Origin: a virus
Taxonomy: Duplodnaviria > Caudoviricetes
IMG/VR virus record: IMGVR_UViG_3300024246_000008
Location: 1-49,767 of that record
DNA length: 49,767 nucleotides
Strand: one strand, 5' to 3'
Under the pieces are notes generated by a model. The model had not been told where the DNA came from. It made no database searches and saw only the letters and a program-made list of their open reading frames with translations. Below are positions 25,333-33,763 of the stretch, one piece after another (the first letter of the stretch is position 1; each line of letters opens with the position of its first letter). The translations under genes and the position numbers were made by a program.

Positions 25333-25727
25333 CAGACGGCTGCCTGCGGCTCGGCGTAGCCGTCGTTCAGCGCGTCGTCCCAGTCGACGTCCAGCGCGAG
25401 CGGCTGGGCGTCGGTGCGGATTCCGACCGACGCGCACATCTTGTCCACCGCGGCCTCGAAGCCGCGGCGGTAGGCGTTATCGCCGTCGGCGTCGATCGGG
25501 CGCAGCACGACTTCCAGGCCGAACACCGCCGCCCACGCCGTGAGGGTCGGCAGGGTCACCGCGCGGTCGCCGCGCTCGTGGCTGCCGACCGCGGCGGCCG
25601 TCGTGCCGCTCTCGCGGGCGAAGGCGAGCAGGGAGAGGCCGGCGTCCAGGCGCTCCTGGCGCAGGCGGCGAAGGATCGGGTGCAGCGCGGCGGCCGGGTT
25701 CGCGGCCAGGGCGGCTTTAACACTCAT
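25332..25727 (-). CDS. XRE-family HTH protein
   Basis: LRQERLDAGLSLLAFARESGTTAAAVGSHERGDRAVTLPTLTAWAAVFG. Confidence 0.8.
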   Translation of the reverse strand: MSVKAALAANPAAALHPILRRLRQERLDAGLSLLAFARESGTTAAAVGSHERGDRAVTLPTLTAWAAVFGLEVVLRPIDADGDNAYRRGFEAAVDKMCASVGIRTDAQPLALDVDWDDALNDGYAEPQAAV

Positions 25728-25749
25728 GTTCGAGTCCTTAGGGTTGGTC

Positions 25750-25913
25750 CCCGCTGCGCCGCAGTGCGGGCGGCGCAGCGGGAGTTCGCGGATGGGTGGG
25801 CCGCTCCCGTCCCGCTCAGGCGGGAGCGGCCCGTCTCCCCCGAGGCCGGCCCCGTGCGGGGTTGAGGGCCGGCTGGGGGTCCCGCGCGCCGGGACGTGGT
25901 CGGCAGCGCGGGG
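25750..25913 (-). ncRNA. Four tandem GC-rich hairpins, candidate structured RNA or cis-element
   Basis: Stems 25750-25782 (13 bp), 25798-25832 (12 bp), 25844-25874, 25880-25913 fill an intergenic gap. Confidence 0.45.
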
Positions 25914-25922
25914 AGCCTGGGG

Positions 25923-26399
25923 TTATCCGGTGCGGGCCGCGGCAGGGGCGGCGCACGCCGCGGCGATCGCACGCGCGATCGCGGCCCGGTCGGCCGCCTC
26001 CTTCGAGGCGCGGTCGGGCACGGGCGCAGCGGGCACCGGTGCGGACGTCGGCGCGGGGGCCGGTTCGGGTGCGGTCGGCGCGGTCTCGGCGATCCGGACG
26101 ACGGGCGCCGTTGTCGCGGTGCGGGCTTTGCGCACCACGGGCGGCACACGGGCGGATACAGGTGTCGGACCGGGCCGCGCCGGCGTCTGCCGGTTCAGTC
26201 GCCGTGAGGCGATTTCCCGGCGGCCGCGCACGACCGCGGCCCGGGCCTGGTCCGTGCCGACCAGAGTGCCGCCGGCGCAGTAGCCCAGCCACGCCGCGAT
26301 CTGGGCGTCCTGCAGCCCGAGTTGCGCGGCAACCGCGGCGCCCAGATCGGCGACGAGGCCGAACGGGGAGTCGAGGGCCGAGCGTGCCGCCCCGCTCAC
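25923..26399 (-). CDS. Hypothetical Pro/Ala-rich protein
   Basis: GTG 26399 overlapping the upstream stop. Confidence 0.5.
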   Translation of the reverse strand: MSGAARSALDSPFGLVADLGAAVAAQLGLQDAQIAAWLGYCAGGTLVGTDQARAAVVRGRREIASRRLNRQTPARPGPTPVSARVPPVVRKARTATTAPVVRIAETAPTAPEPAPAPTSAPVPAAPVPDRASKEAADRAAIARAIAAACAAPAAARTG

Positions 26400-26800
26400 A
26401 AGGCGGCGCCCGGGTCGGCCTCGTAGGGGTGCGCGGCCCGGTAGGCCGCCATGACGGGCGCGGGGATGATGCCGGCGCGCGGGACGCGCAGGCCTTCGCC
26501 GCGCGCCCACTGACGTACCCGCGTCCGGTAGGTCGCCAGTTCGGCGGCCGTCGGCCCGCTGCGCGGCGGCAGGCGCTCGGCCGGAACCGCGGCGGCCGAC
26601 CGCGCGCTGACGGTCGCCAGGTTGCTGGCGGTGTGCGCGTTGAGATGCCGGATGCGCAGGTCCACGGCGGCGGCGATCTGGGCCGGTGTCAGGCCGGTGT
26701 GCCGGACGATGTCGGTGACCTGCACACCGCCGCCGTAGAGGTCCGCGGCCTCGCGTTCGGCCCCGGTCAGCGGCCGCGGCCCGGTGAGGATCTGTGGCAC
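26396..26800 (-). CDS. HTH plus Lsr2-like DNA-binding domain protein
   Basis: AADLYGGGVQVTDIVRHTGLT; RVRQWARGEGLRVPRAGIIPAPVMAAYRAAH. Confidence 0.72.
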   Translation of the reverse strand: MPQILTGPRPLTGAEREAADLYGGGVQVTDIVRHTGLTPAQIAAAVDLRIRHLNAHTASNLATVSARSAAAVPAERLPPRSGPTAAELATYRTRVRQWARGEGLRVPRAGIIPAPVMAAYRAAHPYEADPGAAL

Positions 26801-26804
26801 GGCT

Positions 26805-27074
26805 CTAGCCCCCCTGGCTGGTGACGATGTTGTGTGCTGCCAGCGGCCGCAGCGCGATGCCGAAGCGGCGGCGCACCTGCGCGCGTTCGTGCGGGTCGTG
26901 GCCGCCCCAGAAGCCGTCGCGTTCGCGCTCCAGCGCCCAGGCGAGGCATTCGGGGCGGTCCCAGCAGGTTTCGCAGACCGCTTTCATGGCGGCCGCGTCG
27001 CGCTCGGCGGCGAACACGGCCGCGGCCTTCGGGGCGCGGCACGCGGCGTTCTCCAGCCGGGGCGCGCTTACCAC
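26805..27074 (-). CDS. whiB: WhiB-family Fe-S transcription factor
   Basis: GTG 27074; AAC...KAVCETCWDRPECLAWAL...GFWGG...ER. Confidence 0.88.
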   Translation of the reverse strand: MVSAPRLENAACRAPKAAAVFAAERDAAAMKAVCETCWDRPECLAWALERERDGFWGGHDPHERAQVRRRFGIALRPLAAHNIVTSQGG

Positions 27075-27355
27075 GCCGGGCCGCCCGCGTCGGTGTGGTG
27101 CCGGCCGCCGGGCTTGCCGCCGGTGCCGAGGCGGGCCAGCTCGGCGAGCTCCTGGCCGTACTCGGCCCAGAACCAGCGCCACTCGCGCCGCGCGTCCAGC
27201 CAGCGGCCGAACGGGGGCGCCACATACCCGCCGAGGTCCAGGACCCAGCCGACGGCCAGCCGACCGATGGCCAGGAAACCGCCGAGCAGGATCGCGGCCG
27301 CCGCCGCGCAGAAGATCCAGCCCAGGATCAGCAGCAGGATCTCGCGGCCCGTCAC
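27068..27355 (-). CDS. Membrane protein
   Basis: ILLLILGWIFCAAAAAILLGGFLAIG hydrophobic stretch. Confidence 0.6.
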   Translation of the reverse strand: MTGREILLLILGWIFCAAAAAILLGGFLAIGRLAVGWVLDLGGYVAPPFGRWLDARREWRWFWAEYGQELAELARLGTGGKPGGRHHTDAGGPAW

Positions 27356-27660
27356 GACGCCCTCCGAGCGGCTACGGCGGCCCGGTCGGTCTTGATCTGC
27401 ACGATGCGCAGCCGCACCGGGCCGAAGGCCTTCACAGCGCTGGTCGTGCCGTCTGGCGCGATCCGCAGCGCAGCGCCCATCCGGCGCGCCGCCAGGGCCA
27501 TCGCGCGGTCGGCCGTGTAGGGCTCCGGGGCCGCGACGTAGGCGGTGATCTCCGCCGGGACCGGGACCTCCGGGCGCGCGTCCAGGAACGCCACCAGGTC
27601 CCGCAGCGCGTTCACCGCGGCGACGCGCTCAGCGTCGGCCTGGATCGTCGTGGTCGTCAT
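27352..27660 (-). CDS. Hypothetical protein, paralog of 27657-28109
   Basis: ALRDLVAFLDARPEVPVP...KAFGPVRL. Confidence 0.6.
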   Translation of the reverse strand: MTTTTIQADAERVAAVNALRDLVAFLDARPEVPVPAEITAYVAAPEPYTADRAMALAARRMGAALRIAPDGTTSAVKAFGPVRLRIVQIKTDRAAVAARRAS

Positions 27661-28109
27661 TCGCCGTCACCGTCCGCGTTGCGCCCCGAGGACAGCTCGC
27701 CCTGGTCGCGGCCGGTGAGCGCCATGCGCTCGTCGAGCGCCTCGTCGGCCTGGTCGTGCGCGGCTGCCGTGTCCTGGTCGCGTGTGATCACGCGCTCGGC
27801 GCGGCGGCTAGAACGGGGCGCGGTTTCGTCCGGATAGGCGTAGGCGTAAAGCTTGATCTCGCCGAACTTCTTCTCGGTGTGGCGCTGGTTGGCGCGGTTG
27901 ACTGTGACCGGGGTGTTGAGCGCTTCGGCGAGGTCGTAGACCATCGAGAGCCGCTCCGGCTCCGACAGCCCCGTGCTGTACCGCTGCAGGTGCACCCACA
28001 CATCGACGTTCGTGGGGACCGGGATCGAAGTGTTGGTCTCGACCAGGTCGACGAACTCGCGCAGCGCCTTGCAGAACGTGGCGCGCGCCTCAGGGCTCTG
28101 CCTGTTCAT
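27657..28109 (-). CDS. Hypothetical protein
   Basis: ATG 28109; ALREFVDLVETNTSIPVP...KKFGEIKL. Confidence 0.6.
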   Translation of the reverse strand: MNRQSPEARATFCKALREFVDLVETNTSIPVPTNVDVWVHLQRYSTGLSEPERLSMVYDLAEALNTPVTVNRANQRHTEKKFGEIKLYAYAYPDETAPRSSRRAERVITRDQDTAAAHDQADEALDERMALTGRDQGELSSGRNADGDGE

Positions 28110-28864
28110 CGCGCACCGCCCAGGATGCCGTCGAGGCGTGCGAGCTCCGAGACGCCGTCGCCGGACGCGTCGGGGCCGGGCAGCCAGTACGGGGCGAGCT
28201 GCCGCTCGTCGCGCTCGGCCAGGGGCTCGGCCAGGCCGAGCGGGAGCCGGGCCTGGGGAACGGTGGTGTGCAGCGCGGCCGTGCACTGCGGGCAGCTCAC
28301 GAGGTCGGTGTCGGTGGTGTGGTGTAGGGCGAACTGGTCGCCGCACAGCGGCCAGGAGACGGCGTCGGGCGTCCAGTGCACGTACACCGGTGCCGCGGCC
28401 TCGGCGGCGTTCTCGGCCTCGTCGCGCTCGTACTGCCCCCGGTCCTCGGTGGCCTGCCCGGAGTCGTGGTAGTCCTCGCCGGTCAGGGAGTGGTGCGGCT
28501 GCGCGGTGTGGCCGTTCGGGCGCGGTGCGGGCAGCTGCTCGCCGGCCTCGGTCGCGCCGTGCTGCTGAAGCCAGTGGCGCAGGTCGGCGGAGCGCCAGTT
28601 GAGCAGCGCGATCTGGTCGAGGAACTCGTTGATGTGGGTCTGCAGGTCCGCGGCCTGTCCGTCGGCCAGGTCGATCTGGGTGCACACCCAGGCGACGGTG
28701 GTGTCGGCGTACAGGTGCGCGGAGCCGGCCGCGTCCGAGGCCTGCGTCGGCTGCCACGGCGTGCTGGTCAGCTGGCCGCCGAGCGGGCCAGCCGCGGACT
28801 GCGCCGGGATGTGGCCGACGCCGTGCTTGCTGTGTCCCCCACGGGCCCTAAACTGGAGCCTCAT
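28106..28864 (-). CDS. Hypothetical protein with C-terminal Zn-finger-like motif
   Basis: VH...PLCG...LVSCPQC; AGAGGTG RBS. Confidence 0.55.
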   Translation of the reverse strand: MRLQFRARGGHSKHGVGHIPAQSAAGPLGGQLTSTPWQPTQASDAAGSAHLYADTTVAWVCTQIDLADGQAADLQTHINEFLDQIALLNWRSADLRHWLQQHGATEAGEQLPAPRPNGHTAQPHHSLTGEDYHDSGQATEDRGQYERDEAENAAEAAAPVYVHWTPDAVSWPLCGDQFALHHTTDTDLVSCPQCTAALHTTVPQARLPLGLAEPLAERDERQLAPYWLPGPDASGDGVSELARLDGILGGAR

Positions 28865-28902
28865 CGATTCACCTCTCTGGTTGAGCTCAGGTGGATTGGT
28901 CA

Positions 28903-28938
28903 GCGGTCCGCCCCGTCGCGTGGGGCGGCCGCTTTTTT
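28903..28938 (+). terminator. Hairpin with T-tract on the + strand, opposing early transcription
   Basis: GCGGTCCGCCCC-N7-GGGGCGGCCGC-TTTTTT. Confidence 0.6.
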
Positions 28939-28939
28939 G

Positions 28940-29191
28940 TCAGGTCTTGTAGGTGCGCGTCGGGTTACGGCTCGGGCGCTGGGGAGCTGGCTGCGGTGCC
29001 GAGTAGACCGAGGCCGGGACGGTGCAGCGTTCGAGGTAGGCGTCGATCGCGGAGCGCCGGAACAGCCGCTTGCGGCCCTGCTGGACGCTCTCGATCACGC
29101 CCTCCCGGGCGAGCCGGTACACGGTGACCTTGTGCAGGCGCACGATCGGCACGACCTCGTCGACCGTGAGCAACTCCGCAGGACCCGTCAC
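28940..29191 (-). CDS. xis: Excisionase (HTH_17)
   Basis: LLTVDEV...LHKVTVYRLAREGVI...GRKRLFRRSAIDAYL; directly after the cro-like gene. Confidence 0.78.
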   Translation of the reverse strand: MTGPAELLTVDEVVPIVRLHKVTVYRLAREGVIESVQQGRKRLFRRSAIDAYLERCTVPASVYSAPQPAPQRPSRNPTRTYKT

Positions 29192-29481
29192 CGCGAGCTC
29201 GCAGTGACTTCGAGCTCCATCTCTTCGGCCGACGAGCCGAGCAGCTCGACGACCCGACGGATGGTCGCCGGAGTCGCCTGAGGTGCCGGATAGCTGATAG
29301 CGCCCTCAGAGACCTCGAGCGCCTTCGCGATCCGGCTGATCATGTCGGGGCTGGCCCCCTTCAGGCCGTTCTCGATTCGCGACAGGTAGCCAAGGTCCAT
29401 GTCCGCCGCGGCAGCCAAATCCCGCACTGTGCGGCCCTTGGCCTGCCGGATAGCCCTGATTGCCTCGCCGTTGACCTTCAT
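29188..29481 (-). CDS. cro: Cro-like XRE regulator
   Basis: NGEAIRAIRQAKGRTVRDLAAAADMDLGYLSRIENG; divergent from the repressor. Confidence 0.8.
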   Translation of the reverse strand: MKVNGEAIRAIRQAKGRTVRDLAAAADMDLGYLSRIENGLKGASPDMISRIAKALEVSEGAISYPAPQATPATIRRVVELLGSSAEEMELEVTASSR

Positions 29482-29487
29482 GCCCCC

Positions 29488-29539
29488 ACCCTAAGCAACT
29501 TCGTTGCCCCTGCGCAAGCACTTCGGGGCAACGAAGTTG
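29488..29539 (-). promoter_or_regulatory. Early promoter (TTGCGC-N18-TAGGGT, leaderless) overlapped by operator inverted repeat
   Basis: CAACTTCGTTGCCCC (29496-29510) and GGGGCAACGAAGTTG (29525-29539) form a perfect 15-bp inverted repeat; -10 lies 6 nt from the cro ATG. Confidence 0.7.
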
Positions 29540-29634
29540 AATATAAGGGCAGCGTCGGGGCGCGCAGGACAACGCGGCGCGCGCCCCATAGTGCGCTTAC
29601 CGCAGGTCAAATGCTCTTCAAGGGGAAGGTGAGT

Positions 29635-29670
29635 TGCCCATAATGCCCATTCGTCGGGCATCATTGCCCC
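29635..29670 (+). promoter_or_regulatory. Repressor promoter (TTGCCC-N18-CATCAT, leaderless)
   Basis: -10 lies 6 nt before ATG 29671; GGGCA-TCAT-TGCCC palindrome overlaps it. Confidence 0.55.
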
Positions 29671-30243
29671 ATGGCCTACGACTGGGATCGCCTTGGATCG
29701 GCGATCCGGGACGCGCGTTCGCGCAAGGGGATGACCCAAGCGCAACTAGCCGAACGCGCTGGTGTCGACGCCTCGACGATCAAGAATCTCGAAGGACGCC
29801 ATCGCTTCACTCGATGGCCGAAGACGATCGGCGCCGTCGAGGTAGCTCTCGACAAACCCGAAGGATGGGCGCGGGCGATCGCCGAGCGGCGACCAGTCCC
29901 AGGTGGCGAGCCAGGCGAAAACTCTTCGAGCGCGAATAGCAGCTCTGACGCGGACACGATCGAGATGTCGGCGCTCGACCTCGACGATCCGGTTATCAAG
30001 GAGCTGCTCAGCTCCTCCTTCCAACGCGAGGACATGCGCTGGGAGCTGATCAGGCTGTACCTGGCGGACGTAGAGGAGCTGGCGGCGCGCGCGCGGCGCC
30101 GGGCTGCGATCAGGGCGCTGCGCCGGGCGTCGGGCGAGGGCGTGGGCAGCGGCTCGGGCGTCGCGAAATTGCTGGCTTTGTTAGAGGTGGAAGATACGTC
30201 TCAGGATTCTGATGATGCCGGTCAGGGTCGCAGTACCGCGTAA
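29671..30243 (+). CDS. Immunity repressor (XRE HTH)
   Basis: WDRLGSAIRDARSRKGMTQAQLAERAGVDASTIKNLE; divergent from cro, upstream of integrase. Confidence 0.8.
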   Translation: MAYDWDRLGSAIRDARSRKGMTQAQLAERAGVDASTIKNLEGRHRFTRWPKTIGAVEVALDKPEGWARAIAERRPVPGGEPGENSSSANSSSDADTIEMSALDLDDPVIKELLSSSFQREDMRWELIRLYLADVEELAARARRRAAIRALRRASGEGVGSGSGVAKLLALLEVEDTSQDSDDAGQGRSTA

Positions 30244-30392
30244 GAGTGAATCCGCGCCAGGGGTCCGAAGGACCCTTGACACCCCAGTACGCGGTCGTAC
30301 AGTGAGTGCTCTGCGTCACCTTGCCGCCACGGTGCGGTTACTCGGGATGGGGGTCGGCGCGGCGTTTCCACATGCCACAGGGGGAGAACTGC

Positions 30393-31046
30393 GTGTCTGA
30401 TGAAGCATCAGTTGGATTCTCACCGTTTTCTGTACGTGCCACCCGAGTTATCAATCTACTGACGGCCTTCTGCTGGCCTGCCGCGAGCGCCGTGTTCATG
30501 TTGCACGTCACCAACCATGTTTTCGTCACCAGCCGCTCGTTCGACGAGACGGCGTGCTGGCTCGTCGCGATCGGCTGCCTGGGCTGCCCCGCGTTCGCGC
30601 TGCGCGTGCTGGGCCGTTGGACGACACCGCGCATCTGTATGGGCATCGGCCTGCTGTTCGCCGGCGCGTCCCTGCTGCTGACCGTGCTGGACGTCGCACG
30701 GCAGATCGACCCGGGTCCGAGCAACCGGCTGATCGGCCTCGTGCTGCTGCTGGCGATCGCGATCCAGAGCCTCAACGGCGCCGAGCAGATGGTCGGGCGC
30801 GCCCGCATCGTCGCGGACCTCAAGAACGACTTCGCGGACGCCGTAGAACGGGCGCGCCGCGAGCACCGGGAGACGTGCATACTCGCGGCCGTCCACCGGG
30901 AGCGGGCTCTGGCGGACATGCTCGACGCCGCGCACACCGTCACCGACGCCCAGGCCGAGATGCTCACGCGCGTGCTGGCGAAACGCTCGACCGGCTCTGG
31001 CGCCCGGGTGGTGCAGCTGCACGCCAACGGGCGCGAGCACGACTAG
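30393..31046 (+). CDS. Four-TM membrane protein with cytoplasmic helical tail, probably lysogen-expressed
   Basis: GTG 30393 after GGGGAG; four hydrophobic segments; sits between repressor and integrase. Confidence 0.65.
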   Translation: MSDEASVGFSPFSVRATRVINLLTAFCWPAASAVFMLHVTNHVFVTSRSFDETACWLVAIGCLGCPAFALRVLGRWTTPRICMGIGLLFAGASLLLTVLDVARQIDPGPSNRLIGLVLLLAIAIQSLNGAEQMVGRARIVADLKNDFADAVERARREHRETCILAAVHRERALADMLDAAHTVTDAQAEMLTRVLAKRSTGSGARVVQLHANGREHD

Positions 31047-31091
31047 GACCGCGGCCCGTATCCGCGCGGGCCGGCGAGGGAGAGGGCCGCG

Positions 31092-32417
31092 ATGGGCCAA
31101 CGAGGAAAACCGAAACCGATCGCCGAGCGCCGGGGCGACGGCGAGTTCCCCTGGAGCGTGAAAATCCCGACGCTCGAGCGCACCGCGTCCGGCCAGGTCC
31201 GCTACATCCGCTCATCGGGATGGGCCGACGAGGACGCCGCCTTGGCACACGGCTGGCTGCAGATGGCGAAGCTGCGCACGGGCACCTGGACCGACCCGCG
31301 CAAGGCCGCCACGCCGCTCGCGGACTGGGTGAAGATCTGGATGGACGCGCAGAGCCACTCCACCAGGACGGCGTCCACGCGGCGCCGCTACCTGCGCAAC
31401 CACATCCTGCCCGAGTTCGGCGAGACGCCCATCGGGCAGATCAACCGGTTCGCCGTGCGTACCTGGGCCTCGCGCATGACCTGCGCCGAGGTCACCCGCA
31501 ACAACGTGGTCAGCCTGCTGTCCACGATCCTGTCGGCGGCCGACGACGCCGACATGATCGACACCAATCCGATCTTCAGGCTGCGGCTGACGAAAAGCGG
31601 CGCGCAACGCGTCCAGGTCATGCAGACCGACGAGGACGTGTGGGCGCTCCCCGAGCAGTCGGTGCCGATCGCCCGGCGGCTGTGGGACGCCGGACGGCGC
31701 AGCGACGCCCTGATGGTGCTCACCGCCGCGTTCGTCGGCCTGCGGTACGGCGAGCTGACCGGGCTGCACGTGGACAACTGCTGTCTGATCAGGCGCGACG
31801 AGCTGGGCGGCAAACCGTGGATGCGGTACGTGATCCGGATCGACCCGGAGCGCGGGTCGCTGCACGAGACCACCGAACTGGACGCCGAGGGCGTGGAACG
31901 CACCGTGCTGTTCCTGGAGCCGCCGAAACCGCCGAACGGCGCGCGGGAGGCCGACGTGCCCGAGTTCCTGGCGCAGCTGCTGATCCCGCACTGCGCCCGG
32001 GTGCGCGAGCGCGCCGAGGGACTGGCGAAGGACGATCCGGCGCGCGGCATCGTGTTCACCACGCCGCGCGGCTGCCTGTGGCGCCGCTCGAACTGGTCGG
32101 GCGTGATGCGTCCGGCGTGCGACGGGCGCGAGGCGCGACCGCGGCAGCAGGGCACCGCCGGCTCCCCGGCGTGGGAGCCGCTCATACCGCGCCTGACGCT
32201 GCACGGACTGCGGCACGGCCACAGCACCGCGATGGAGGAAGACGAGATCGCCGACGTGCTGCGCGACCAGGTGATGGGGCACGAGCTGCCCAAAGAGCGC
32301 CGGGCCATCCGCAAGCGGTACACCCACGTCTCCGCGGTGATGCGCAGCAAGCGCCTGGACGCGCTCGCGGCCCGCTGGGAGAAGGCCGGCGGCCTCATTC
32401 TGGACGCCGCCGCGTGA
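31092..32417 (+). CDS. int: Tyrosine integrase
   Basis: GLRYGEL (R), PPK (K), LHGLRH (HxxR), VMGH, RYTH (Y); SAM-like YLRNHILPEFG. Confidence 0.95.
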   Translation: MGQRGKPKPIAERRGDGEFPWSVKIPTLERTASGQVRYIRSSGWADEDAALAHGWLQMAKLRTGTWTDPRKAATPLADWVKIWMDAQSHSTRTASTRRRYLRNHILPEFGETPIGQINRFAVRTWASRMTCAEVTRNNVVSLLSTILSAADDADMIDTNPIFRLRLTKSGAQRVQVMQTDEDVWALPEQSVPIARRLWDAGRRSDALMVLTAAFVGLRYGELTGLHVDNCCLIRRDELGGKPWMRYVIRIDPERGSLHETTELDAEGVERTVLFLEPPKPPNGAREADVPEFLAQLLIPHCARVRERAEGLAKDDPARGIVFTTPRGCLWRRSNWSGVMRPACDGREARPRQQGTAGSPAWEPLIPRLTLHGLRHGHSTAMEEDEIADVLRDQVMGHELPKERRAIRKRYTHVSAVMRSKRLDALAARWEKAGGLILDAAA

Positions 32418-32421
32418 CCGG

Positions 32422-32718
32422 GTTGGGAAGCTCCGGGACGGGAAGTCCGCCCTACGGCCTTGATCCTTTCCCAATCTCTTCCCAAACGGCCCCTCAGGGC
32501 CGCAGGTAAGTAAACCAGCTGCTAGATCTGACCTGGTGTGCCCTCGGCGCGATTCGAACGCGCGACACCCGCTTTAGGAGCGGCGCGCAAGATCGCTCAC
32601 AGCCTGCGGAAATGCAGCTTTTCCCAGGCCGGGGCTGTAAATGAGAGAACTTGAGAGAACGGTAGGAAACCCCAGAGAGCCCCAGAAAACCGTGATCGCG
32701 TCCCAGTTCCTTCCCAAC
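32422..32718. promoter_or_regulatory. attP arm-type and accessory-factor repeats
   Basis: TTCCCAA/TCCCAG repeats at ~32469-32486 and ~32701-32718, inverted copy at ~32423; GAGAGAAC and CCCCAGA direct repeats at 32643-32690. Confidence 0.6.
32534..32580 (-). other. attP core: 3' half of tRNA-Arg(CCT)
   Basis: Minus strand CTCCTAA AGCGG GTGTC GCGCG TTCGAAT CGCGC CGAGGGCA gives anticodon loop, T-arm and acceptor 3' strand; no 5' half. Confidence 0.85.
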
Positions 32719-32749
32719 CAAGATCGTGTCGGGTGGACGTGAAAGAGGG

Positions 32750-32781
32750 GCGCCCCCGGAGCGAATTCGCTCCGGGGGCGC
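32750..32781 (-). terminator. Perfect 32-bp palindrome, likely terminator of the accessory operon
   Basis: GCGCCCCCGGAGCGAA/TTCGCTCCGGGGGCGC, followed by CCCTCTTTC on the minus strand. Confidence 0.65.
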
Positions 32782-32800
32782 ACGATCCTGTCATCCGCTG

Positions 32801-33004
32801 TCAGTCGGGTACCGGTGTGACGTGGTGGCGTACGAGCTGCAGCCCGTCGCCGTCCGTCTCGTAGAAGTGGAATCCGGTCTCCAGGTCGCCGTCGAGGTCG
32901 GCGTCGGGCCGTAGCCGCGCCGCGTCGTGAAGCTCGCGGGCTCGCGCGGCCGAGATCTGATCGATGTAGGGATAGCCGCGGCTGTGTTCGTATCGCTCAG
33001 CCAT
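32801..33004 (-). CDS. Small hypothetical protein
   Basis: GAGG RBS; coupled to the upstream gene. Confidence 0.5.
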   Translation of the reverse strand: MAERYEHSRGYPYIDQISAARARELHDAARLRPDADLDGDLETGFHFYETDGDGLQLVRHHVTPVPD

Positions 33005-33497
33005 GGGCAGCCTCGTCTTCGGTCCAGGTGAGCTCGGCCCACCAGACGGCGTGGTCGCGGTAACGGTCCAGGCCCCGGCTGCTGGATAGCTCCCGGACGA
33101 TGCGCAGGCCTAATGCGTAGGCGGTCGCGGAGGTGTCGCCATGGTCGACGTAGTCGCTCAGTGGCCGAGGGCGTATCGCGGTGGCCGGCGGCTCGGCGCG
33201 CCCCGGCTCCGTCACCTCGACGCGCAGCCGGTCGGCCCACAGGTCGAGCGTGAGCCTGAGGCGTCTGGTGGGGGCCGTCGAGTAGCGCACGGCGTTCGCG
33301 ATCAGTTCCGCGGTGACCTGCTCGGCCTCGTGGGCTTTCGGGCAGTTGGCGAGCAGATTGCGCACGATCGCTCGGGCGCCGGATGCCACGAAGGGCCGGG
33401 ACGGTAGCGCGATCGCGGTCCGGTTCGCGCCGGCAGGCACATCACGCTGTCTCGCAGGGCTCTGGGGATGCGCCGCGACGGGTAGTTGCGGATGCAT
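32997..33497 (-). CDS. HATPase_c (RsbW/anti-sigma-like) ATP-binding protein
   Basis: ATG 33497; ARAIVR...AEQVTAELIANAVRYS...LRVEVTEPG...LGLRIVRELS...VWWAEL. Confidence 0.8.
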   Translation of the reverse strand: MHPQLPVAAHPQSPARQRDVPAGANRTAIALPSRPFVASGARAIVRNLLANCPKAHEAEQVTAELIANAVRYSTAPTRRLRLTLDLWADRLRVEVTEPGRAEPPATAIRPRPLSDYVDHGDTSATAYALGLRIVRELSSSRGLDRYRDHAVWWAELTWTEDEAAHG

Positions 33498-33763
33498 CAG
33501 CGTGCGCCGCGCAGCGGGTACACGGCGTAGGCCCAGTCGAATCCGGCCTCGGCGGCGATCGTCATCGGGTCTCGGGTGTCGATCGGACACGGCGTCCCCT
33601 GCAGACGCTCGACCTCCGCGAATTGCCAGCCGCTGCGCCCGAATCCCTGGCCCGCGCGGCGCAGCGCGCCCTCGACGTCTGCGGGAGCGGCGCCCCACGC
33701 CAGGACGCGCACGGGCATCGCCCCTTGGTACTCGGTGGCCGTCTCGTTCCCCGGGCCGTTCAC
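33497..33763 (-). CDS. Hypothetical protein
   Basis: GTG 33763 overlapping the upstream stop. Confidence 0.45.
   Translation of the reverse strand: MNGPGNETATEYQGAMPVRVLAWGAAPADVEGALRRAGQGFGRSGWQFAEVERLQGTPCPIDTRDPMTIAAEAGFDWAYAVYPLRGAR

Noticed and set aside
30554-32509. Long alternative-frame and antisense ORFs (e.g. 30554-32509, 6598-8412, 45428-47143, 44016-45776)
   Set aside because: Arg/Pro/Gly-rich shadow ORFs expected in high-GC DNA, overlapping well-supported genes
32534-32580. Functional tRNA-Arg gene
   Set aside because: Only the 3' half is present; no D-arm or 5' acceptor strand, so it is an attP core
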